Source: Lingula anatina (taxonomy: Eukaryota > Animalia > Brachiopoda). Taken from it: a stretch of 64,000 nt of DNA. Under the pieces are notes generated by a model. The model made no database searches. It saw only the letters and a list, made by a program, of their open reading frames with translations, and had not been told where the DNA came from. This document shows positions 55,995 through 64,000 of the stretch, one piece after another (position 1 is the stretch's first letter; each line of letters opens with the position of its first letter). The position numbers and the translations under genes are program-made. Location of the stretch: positions 13,950,001 through 14,014,000 of the forward strand of contig CM120646.1 in NCBI GenBank assembly GCA_051362555.1, read 5' to 3'.

Positions 55995-56880
55995 GAGAGA
56001 AGATTATCAAAATTTCATTATAACCCTCATGTTTAGACACCTTCACCTGGTACGATGGCAAGACTGTTGGCTTTACTTACTGGTCGCCTGGGGAACCAAC
56101 ACACAAAGATGGAGAGCAAGCCTGCGCAGTTTTCCTGATAGAAAGTGGGCAGTGGAGAGCTACGAGTTGTACGGACAGAAACGGGTTCATATGTAAAGCT
56201 CCCGCTAGTAAGTCTGGCTACTGTTAATTAAATTTTACCACACAAATCACAAGTCAGGGTAAAATACCACGCTCGGATGGCTTCATTTACTGTGCACAGC
56301 TACGGGGTAGATATTTGTAATGGCTTTAATACATGGTCAAACCTTATTTAAGAATAAAATCTCTTATGTCCAACTTAAGACCATTGAGAGATTACGTTTA
56401 TAATAGTAACGCTATGTTTCCAGATATTCCGGGAACTTCCCATGCCAGTGGAAAACCTTCGATAACTCCCGCCACAACTCATGAGAAGTCCTCTCAGGCG
56501 AAATCAGGAGGTATAATAAGATATAACACACGTTTATTTAATTTGAAAATTTTTTGTCAATTATTATATGCAGCAATGAAGCATTTAACAATAATATAGC
56601 AATCAATATCTAAAACACGTCTCCATACAGAAAGCAGAACTAGCAACTGAGATATGTCCACATAAAAGTTTATTCATTTCACTTTTCATAATTGGATTAC
56701 TTTTAACAGCATCTCCATCTTGAAATAATAAAAAAACAGCGACAAAACAATTCATACATAAATATATTTTTCATCGTTTTTAAAGGTGCTGCATCGCCTG
56801 TTCCAAACAGTTTCTTGTGGCTTATTCTGTGCATAACTACAGGGGTATATTATAACGTTGGGCATAGAAACACAGCGTAG
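28336..56880 (+). CDS. Gene B: complete mannose receptor-like protein, signal peptide + 17 CTLDs + GPI-signal-like C-terminus
   Basis: Exon-by-exon paralog of gene A. Approx. exons: 28336-28390 (signal peptide), 28862-29022, 29549-29686, 29991-30139, 30595-30685, 31422-31555, 31758-31852, 32252-32366, 32657-32785, 33187-33263, 33585-33710, 34333-34434, 34908-35070, 35337-35416, 36135-36281, 36596-36802, 37117-37235, 37521-37631, 38009-38067, 38531-38710, 39022-39182, 39508-39618, 40062-40180, 40558-40710, 41079-41284, 41710-41829, 42041-42267, 42649-42693, 43302-43483, 43993-44051, 44392-44492, 44757-44891, 45176-45310, 45549-45721, 46114-46213, 46542-46788, 46991-47156, 47546-47797, 48107-48274, 48744-48813, 49218-49337, 49602-49660, 49896-50114, 50612-50855, 51267-51381, 51781-51915, 52187-52315, 52570-52717, 53008-53116, 54569-54830, 55099-55265, 55488-55748, 56036-56207, 56424-56510, 56786-56880. 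Confidence 0.9.
31052..31392. mobile_element. Penelope-like palindromic insertion (about 143-bp inverted arms, 19-nt spacer, about 35-nt tail) with 12-bp target duplication
   Basis: 31051-31194 is the near-perfect reverse complement of 31214-31358. TAACATGTATTA flanks both sides (31040-31051 and 31393-31404). Each arm holds CTGATGA-aGGCC...GGCC-GTAAGCT, a hammerhead-like core. Confidence 0.72.
33737..33899. mobile_element. MITE-like element
   Basis: TIRs TGTGACAGGAATGGCAGTCC / GGACTATCATTCCTGTCACA, with an inner GTCCCATAT / ATATGGGAC pair. Confidence 0.65.
35429..35731. mobile_element. About 300-bp MITE with perfect 17-bp TIRs
   Basis: CACCCTGTTGAGGAATC ... GATTCCTCAACAGGGTG, starting 12 nt downstream of a gene B splice donor. 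Confidence 0.7.
36415..36457. repeat. (AAT)n microsatellite
   Basis: Direct observation. Confidence 0.9.
42347..42387. repeat. (ATT)n microsatellite
   Basis: Direct observation. Confidence 0.9.
45362..45395. repeat. (CT)n microsatellite
   Basis: Direct observation. Confidence 0.9.
53128..54132 (-). mobile_element. 5'-truncated, frameshifted non-LTR retrotransposon (LINE, CR1/L2-group-like RT C-terminal part) in a gene B intron
   Basis: ORF 54126-53923 has MIND...KYVDDTT (RT catalytic YxDD). After a frameshift at a T-run, ORF 53807-53328 has WDLHIEKILSKAASRLYFL...LRPTLEYACQLWH...LPTLKSRR...RYRNTFIPY. The 3' UTR ends in AATAAA plus a (TTA)n tail near 53130-53155. Possible TTGTAAT duplication at 53128-53134 and 54126-54132. 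Confidence 0.88.
55760..55827. repeat. (TA)n microsatellite
   Basis: Direct observation; source of the YIYIYI pseudo-ORFs. Confidence 0.95.
55948..56000. repeat. (GT)n(GA)n microsatellite
   Basis: Direct observation. Confidence 0.9.
56786..56880 (+). CDS. Gene B terminal exon, short hydrophobic C-terminus (GPI-anchor signal-like)
   Basis: T-rich tract TTTTTAAAG|GT, phase-1 compatible with the previous exon. Reads (SG)GAASPVPNSFLWLILCITTGVYYNVGHRNTA*, TAG at 56878-56880. Confidence 0.65.
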
Positions 56881-57008
56881 TGCTCACAGAGAAATGCAAC
56901 ATAAACGGGGCATTATAACAATTAAGTTTTCCGCATTCCGATTCATCTGTTTGCCCCAATTGTGGCTAAAGCATATTTATAGAATTAATACCAATTTAGT
57001 TGTAATCA

Positions 57009-57010
<2 letters not shown>

Positions 57011-57053
<43 letters not shown>

Positions 57054-57096
57054 CGGTGATTTTCAAACTTAATGCTTTTTTTTTTTTTTTTTTTTT
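57011..57096. repeat. (TA)n and poly-T tracts in the convergent 3' UTR region
   Basis: (AT)n at 57011-57051 and a T-run at about 57076-57096. Confidence 0.9.
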
Positions 57097-57265
57097 GAGA
57101 CATTACTAGACTAATTATGAACAGAAGCATACTATTACGTTACTGACGTCAAGATGGATACAAATATAAAACTAACGGCCCTTATTACATTTAATATATA
57201 CATACTAACCATCAGGGATCTGAACTGCTTTCAGTCAGATAATGGTATGAAGATGCGAATTTGAA

Positions 57266-57271
57266 AATAAA
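57266..57271 (+). terminator. Candidate polyadenylation signal (AATAAA) for gene B
   Basis: First canonical AATAAA I see downstream of the 56880 stop. Confidence 0.35.
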
Positions 57272-57474
57272 ATCTTTGATCATATGCAACTGAACTGTAT
57301 TCTGTGTACCATAGATACTTTTTTTCAGGCAAATTACTGTACATAAACGTGAAGAAATGACCGAAACACCTGGTACATGGAAGACAATAGTCAAATATAC
57401 ATGCATTGCACGAGCATATTATACAACAATAAATATATAGTATCACAAAAAGTAAAGATGAATCTTGTTTCTGT

Positions 57475-60400
57475 CTACACACTCTGTTCCTTGTTTGCGT
57501 CTTCTGGGTCGCCCAGACAAACAGTGTCCTCCTTAGGTTTGAAGAATATCATGGCCTCAGTGGTGCCCCGACGTTGCATGTATGCCAGTACTCCAATGAG
57601 GCCGATTAGAATTCCAATTATGAGTCCCATGACGACCAACCCTCCAATATACCCGGCTATCAGTCCATTATCTATAAAGAAAGGATGAGACAACACTGGT
57701 ATTATTCAAATGGTCTTAAAAATATGTGTTGCTAAGAATAAAATAAGAAATTAATGGAGCGTTTTCATTTGACCCAAAATGAGCTATTTTCTTTTCTCTT
57801 CTTCTTCTTTTTTTTTTCATTTATTTTCTTTCATCTTCTTCTAATCTTCATCGTCTTATTACTAATATTATGGACGTCTCTGGACCACCATTTAAGTAAG
57901 TCTTTGGAACCATGTGCACCTTAGCGCATTAAATAATCAAGGTGGAACTATACCTGAAGTTTGATCGCTAGCATCTGACCCTCTAATTGGTATAGGGCGT
58001 GGGGTTCCTCTGCCCTTAGACCGTGTAGAACGTGCTGCCGTAGATGTTGTAGAACTTGCTGTTGTTGATGACATTAGTCGAGGCCACAATGTCGGAGGTG
58101 CGGCCGTTGTGGTGTAAGGCGCTAAAATTATTGTAATATATATCATTATATCATTGTTTACTGGAGAAGGGAAAACGGTCCTGTATTTTTCTAAAACGAT
58201 ATATTTTGCACCATCACTGTCAGTTCATTGTTGTTCGGACTTTCTAGAGTTCTGATGACAAGTATTGAAATATGCGCTCAAATAGACGGAAAATTTCACG
58301 CTTTTTGTTACCTATATCAAGGAGTTGTGTGCAAGACGAGTTGCAACGGCGTAGCTAATCACACTCTCTTTTGCCTGAGGTTTGCATAGAACATCGACAT
58401 TTTTATTTATCATTTTTGTACATTAAACAAATGTTAAGTTACGAAGCGCATTTCAACAATCGGATTTTTGATAAATAAATTATTCGTGTCAAAGATATCT
58501 GATAAAAAGTACCGTCTATTGGGTCCGATTTGTGCAACAAAAACTACCGTATGCTGTCTGTTAGTAATGTTGAAATATTCTAGCACACCGACATATATAA
58601 AATGTAAAGAAAAAGTAAAGAAAAAGAAAAAACAAATGCACCCACCTTTGGCCACTTTACATATATACCCTTTGATATAAGAACACCTTGAGGTAGACCA
58701 ACCCCCGTTCCCAGGGTGAAACGAAGTGCACTCCTTGTAATTCTCCATGGCCGGTTCATCGGAGTCCCAGTTCATGTAGTTCACAACGGTGTTATCATAC
58801 CAGCCAAAAGAATCTGGAATTCCAAGGAAATGGGCTGTTAAGACAAGAATCATTTTACGTCGAAAGTCGGTCCACTAACGGCACTCGTTAACTAGGGATT
58901 TTTTTAACATGTCTTCCCCTCCAAGGTGCGATGCACTTCCCTGTTGTTCTGGTAGGCTTTTGTTGAAACAGCCTTAATTCCGGTCGAAACGCGTCTTAAA
59001 TGTGAGAAACGACATTAAACTTTATCACATCCCCACAGCTGTTTACCTCCTAATTTCCGCACCAAACCAATCCACAAGTTTCTTTCTTGTATGCGTTCTT
59101 GCCGTAGTGTCTTCACAAGGAAGTCGTTCTCCTCTTGGCTGGTGATAGATGCCAGAGTAGCCCCTAGTGAATTAATGATAAAATCTTATATATATAAACG
59201 ACTATTTGATTAAACACCTCCTGACGATCGAACATACAGTATGGGTATGTCCGCGAAAGCCAGAGTTGACGTTTAGACATGACTCGGGTTCATTTATTTA
59301 TTTATTTTTGAAATTGTGTATAAATGCTCCGCATATTTGAGCTCTCTAATACCGTACATATATATATTGTGAAAAAATCGACTATACATTAATCATCTAA
59401 CAGAAAAGTCACAAAGTGAGTAAGATATAAAATATATTATGATTTCAATATACATGTATTTAAAATAAAATGTTAAGATACCTCTCTTGTAGCATTCAAA
59501 GTTTGCGTCTGGCCAACTGACATAAGCTTCCTTTAAGAGGTAGCAGTTGGAACCAAACGGGAACCATGATGTCTCATCCGGGCACTTTCCTGGGGGATCG
59601 GCTATCGTGGTAGGCGGTATGGCTGAAAACAGCGTAGGACCTTAATTGCATTTTCCAAATGATATTTTCAACTCTTTCAGACTGACTGGCTTTTGTCGGA
59701 ATATGTCTTTTAGGGAAATTTTCCACTCTCTGCCTTGGAACAATTTTTAAGATTAATTAAATTATATATTTATGAATCCTAATAACCGAGCAATAAACAT
59801 CATCATAACCAGGAAGAACTTGTAGAGAAATTCCTTTGCCTTTCATAAAAAGTTCTTTGAAGTTTGTCTTCAATAAAACAAATGCTTCAAAGACGACATC
59901 CTACCTGATGTTTTCTTGCACATTCCTCTGAATGTAGTATTGCATGTAAAATCATACCAGCGGCCGTTCGGCAAGAGGGCGACACACCCCTCCGTGCCTG
60001 CTCGTAAGGGTTCCCCACGCGCCCATAGGGCAAAATCCACGGGCCAACCGTCTACCCATTTATATGTAAGCTAGGTATTTGAAATAATGAAAAATATAGT
60101 AGAGGTGACAACATCAGTATTTGTTTTTCAGTTTAAAAGAAAATACAGGGAAGTATTCTATGTTTCTTTATATACCATTGTATTATAATTGCATAAATGC
60201 ATTTCAGTACCAATAGATCTATTTTAAATCAAAATTAAAATTTAAGCAAGTATTATTAATATAGATACCATATTACTGAAGACATTCCACTTTGTGTACT
60301 TAGCCCACATATTAATTGCTTTTAACAGAGAGATGGTTAAGTAAAAACATACGAGTATTTGAATATTTCTCTGGACCGTCGATGGCGACCGAATGGTATT

Positions 60401-63400
60401 GAGAAAATATAAGGATGAGAGGTGAAGTAAAACACCCAATCAAAAATGTGTTAGCATTTAAAAAAAAATCATCTTACCTGTTTTCTGTACAGCCCAAGCC
60501 ATAGCGGCCAAGGTGTTTCCCTGTGAGCTTTGAGTGTAACAAAAGCCTGTTCAAAACTATCAAGTATCGACACCAGCGTGTCTTGCTGTCTCTCACAATA
60601 CTGTTTTGCTTCTTCCCACGTGGAAACCGTAGTTATCTGGTAGCAGGCGTCTCTGAACGATTCATAGCCACTGGGGCACGAGGAAGTTGTTTGTGTCGGA
60701 GTTTGGGTGGGGAATGACGAATCTGAGATTGAAGAATATATGAAAAGTGTTTCAAAAGGGACAATTGTATTGCGTCTGATATTGTATGGCAAAAAAATCG
60801 ACTGTGTTTGTTCTGCATAACAATCTTTGTAATTTAATTCTTTATTTTAACTTATTTAAATGACCCCGATAAATTTAAATATGAAACCGTGTAAGTTTGT
60901 TTTCAATGAGTCGCCATTAAACATTTTGCAAGAGTTTTATATCAGTTGACTACGCACCATCCATCTGTAAAGCAAACGCGGATATCCCAAAGTCGATAAA
61001 TTCAAGGTAACGGCAAATGCTACTTTCAGTTCATAATTACTTAAATGGACTAGACCTGAGTTTCTGCCCAGGTTTTTGTCTATGTGCGATTTTATCATAT
61101 ATGAGCGGGCTGGTAATACCACAACCAGAAGTGCAGGTACATATACCTCTCCAAGTCTGGCAGATGTAACCCATTCGTAGCTTGCATTTCTCATCGCGCC
61201 ATCTCCCAGCACCTGTTCCACTTGAAACAACGCTGGTGCAGTCCGCCTGGAGAGAACAGGAAAAAAAATGGAATTGCCAGTCTACAGAAGAAGGACAACA
61301 TGGCAAACAGTTCAGCATGAGGCTAATTTGTCCGGGTCTCGGGTTATACCACGGCAATAAACGAAAAAATTTAGCAGACGGTTTTCATGTCTGACTTGGG
61401 GTCTGTCATTTGAAGTTTTGGTTTAAGAGTAAGTATGTTTTGTAATCTCATGTTATCCTTGTCTAATCTAAACGACGTAATTTATATTATAACACAAACC
61501 ATATTACCTTACTTGCAAATAATGAAGGCGCGTATGTGCTTTCACTTGCTGTGAAAATGCATATGTAAGGTAGCTATTGGATTTTACATGCAAACGCAGT
61601 GTACTTGTTCGTCTTATGAGATCATCAGGACCTAGGCTTCACTTGCCTATATACACCTGATATATTATATTATATTATATTATATTATATTATATTATAT
61701 TATAGCGACATGGAAGATTTACCTTATCGTCTCCCCTAGAGGCTCCATTTGGTTCCCCGTGGTCCCAAGATACGAAGTCCACGTGCGAGTTGTCCACCCA
61801 CTGAAAATGCCGTAAGATTTTGTTGAGACCGATCCAAAAGTTGACAGTTTTCCCCTTCATGAGTGTCGTCACAAATGCTGTAATTAAGAAAACGGCATGT
61901 GAGGAAATTCCTATTTTAATCTGTTCGCTCTCCGTAAACGTGTCCTTCTCGTTGGTTTGGCCAAGTGCTTTTGAAAGTTTTTTTTAAAGTTACGGGGTAG
62001 TGATATTATAACCCTAACACGTTTGTTACTTAGCCAAAAAGTACACGCGTTTCCTAAAGTGTATGCCATTTTTCTCATTCGAAGGGGAAAATTTGTTAAC
62101 TGTACCATTGTAAATGGTTGGGGAAATCTTAGATGTCGTGTCATTATTATTCACAGAAGATAAACAACTCGATCCAATTCTTCAACCGGTAAATTTATCA
62201 TGAAATGAAGTTACCTAATGCCCTCTACCACATGGTTTATATTGAAATGAATATACCTTCTTCGATATGGTTGGTAATACTGGCAAGTGTGTACTTTTTG
62301 TTCAGCGCAGAACACTCATCAACTGCTTCTGTCCAATTCTTCAAGCTTCTTGGATCTGATCTATCACCAAATGCTTTATAACATCTGTTTCCTAGAGAAT
62401 AATGAAAGAAGATGATGTCTTTTTAACAAACAACAACCAATGCTTTATATACATTCGAAATATGTATCAGTGATGTTTCATTCCATTTTTGTTTAGACCA
62501 CGGTGGAAGTGAAGAACAAAAGATTCAGACGTGGTGTAACTCGCATAACCGCACGTCTCGCATGAATGCGTTATAACCCGCTAATGGACCCGTGGTCTAA
62601 ATAAGATAGATCCCTCGTCAGCGAGGGTTATGTGACATCCACTCGTGCTTCGCACTCGTGTATGCCACATAACCCTCGCTGACTCGGGGTCTATCTATTA
62701 CTTAAACCACGGCTAGCGCGTAGAACAAAAGACTCGGCCGTGCTGTATTCGACATACAAGCACGTCATGTACGAGTGCGTTCCACGGTCTCTTACACTAC
62801 TAGTGTAGTAGCCAATCAGAGGCCGTGGTTTAAGCCAGATACAACACTCGTCGCCGAGCTGTACGTGAAAATTACTCGTGTATTGTCTCGCCTGCGGCTC
62901 GCCAATACACTCGTAATATTTCACTTACAGCTCGGCGACTCGTATTGTATCTATCACCTAACTGCGACAATACTTTCTTTATGGGCTTAGCACTTGGTTT
63001 GAAGTCGTGGGCCAACATCATGTCTCATCTGAGCACGTTTTTGTGCTCATGAACACATGGGAAACAAGTCTCTTAATTAGGCTATCTAATTTTCAGCCAT
63101 TGCGCCTTCCCATAAAGGGGTAAAAGCACAAGCCGAGACGAGCACAGGTTTGTAATAGATAGACCCCGAGTCAGCGAGGGTTATGTGGCATACACGAGTG
63201 CGTAGCACGAGTGGATGTCACATAACCCTCGCTGACGAGGGATGTATCTTATTTAGACCACGGGTCCATCAGAGGGTTATAACGCATTCATGCGAGACGT
63301 GCGGTTATGCGAGTTACACCACGTCTGAGTCTTTTGTTCTTCACTTCCACCGTGGTCTAAGTTTTATAAACACTTTACCAAGAATGTATTACATTCATGA

Positions 63401-63804
63401 TTAACTGACAAATGCCATAGACTCGCACAACTCTGGTGGGGAGGACAGAAAGTATATGCTCTTCTCAACCTTGTTTGATATGTATGATCCACCTGACGAT
63501 GCCAAGTATTCCAATGTGTTCGAGTTATTTCAATGCAAGGTCATACGGTAGAAACTATACATCTATATGGTAGCATTCTTACCGGGTAATAACACTCTAA
63601 ACGTCAGCGCACATCTTCCACAACTAGCTAAACCAACGGCAACGTGAAGTATATGTACTGTATACTGACCTACTCCCTGGAATCCGGGTGGACATCCGCC
63701 TTGAATGGTCGGTGTAGGGGATGGAGTCACCGTTGTCCTGCTGTCCCGATGCTTTTTGCAGATGAAATTTACCCTTTCGCCACAGTTATCGTCATTCCAG
63801 TGTC
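57475..63804 (-). CDS. Gene C (3' part): mannose receptor-like type I membrane protein; end of CTLD9, CTLD10-12 equivalents, S/T stalk, TM, tail
   Basis: Minus-strand exons 63804-63670, 62391-62257, 61877-61723, 61246-61147, 60722-60478, 60070-59905, 59622-59482, 59163-59047, 58813-58646, 58121-57954, 57671-57475. All GT-AG, in frame, and homologous to gene A 15715-19393 (e.g. GHWNDDNCGERVNFICKKHRDS, EPNGASRG, SFGWYDNTVVNYMNW). The 5' part lies beyond 64000. Confidence 0.9.
59218..59265 (+). ncRNA. Degenerate minimal hammerhead-ribozyme-like motif (probably inactive)
   Basis: CTC-CTGACGA-tCGAACATAC agtatgg GTATGTCCGc-GAAA-GCCA-GAG: core boxes, stem II and a 3-bp stem I are present. The cleavage-site U appears replaced by C. 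Confidence 0.45.
61660..61703. repeat. (TATAT)n pentanucleotide repeat
   Basis: Direct observation. Confidence 0.85.
62493..63360. mobile_element. Non-autonomous long-TIR (foldback) DNA element, about 209-bp TIRs with nested hairpins, in a gene C intron
   Basis: 62493-62701 (TTAGACCACGGTGG...CTATCTATTAC) is the near-identical reverse complement of 63152-63360. No credible ORF. Confidence 0.85.
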
Positions 63805-64000
63805 CTGTATTCATAAATGTTAGTAGCTTTCACAGAATATAATTTGAACATTGCCCAACGTTGAATTAAGGTAATTTGCCAGCTCCAAAGCTAGACTTGT
63901 AAAATGCCTAAGGATTATTGATTGTCGGTCAGGATGCGCAATTTACTCGTATATGGAAGTCACCTCGCTGTCTTTTTACAGCGTTCGCCAAAAGTTCGAC

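Noticed and set aside
61595-61635. Minus-strand CTGATGA-TCTCATAAGAC-GAAC, hammerhead-like
   Set aside because: Needs two core deletions and lacks stems I and III; could be chance.
449-63814. The many short ORFs in the track as independent genes
   Set aside because: They are exon fragments run into intron sequence, antisense shadows or microsatellite translations.
1-64000. CRISPR arrays, prokaryotic systems, or Dscam-like mutually exclusive exon arrays
   Set aside because: The DNA is eukaryotic, has no repeat-spacer pattern, and each exon I found has one position in the domain series with no duplicated alternatives.

Overview
AT-rich animal (invertebrate-type, spliceosomal introns) genomic DNA filled almost entirely by a tandem cluster of three paralogous, multi-exon macrophage-mannose-receptor (MRC1/CD206)-like C-type lectin receptor genes. 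Gene A (+, start upstream of the window, stop at 27220) and gene B (+, 28336-56880, complete) each encode 17 tandem C-type lectin-like domains (CTLDs): four extra N-terminal CTLDs, an MRC1-like 8-domain core (CTLD5-12) and an internal duplicate of the last five (CTLD13-17). Gene C (-, enters from beyond 64000, stop at 57475) ends after the CTLD12 equivalent and lies tail-to-tail with gene B. The three C-termini differ: A has a TM helix plus acidic tail, B a GPI-signal-like end with no cytoplasmic tail, C a glycine-zipper TM plus tail. Introns hold a 5'-truncated LINE, a Penelope-like palindromic insertion with hammerhead-like motifs, a modular long-TIR element, small MITEs and microsatellites. 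Paralog comparison shows one exact intron presence/absence difference and one likely intron gain containing a decayed hammerhead-like motif. Exon coordinates were read by eye (allow a few nt). The species cannot be determined from the window.
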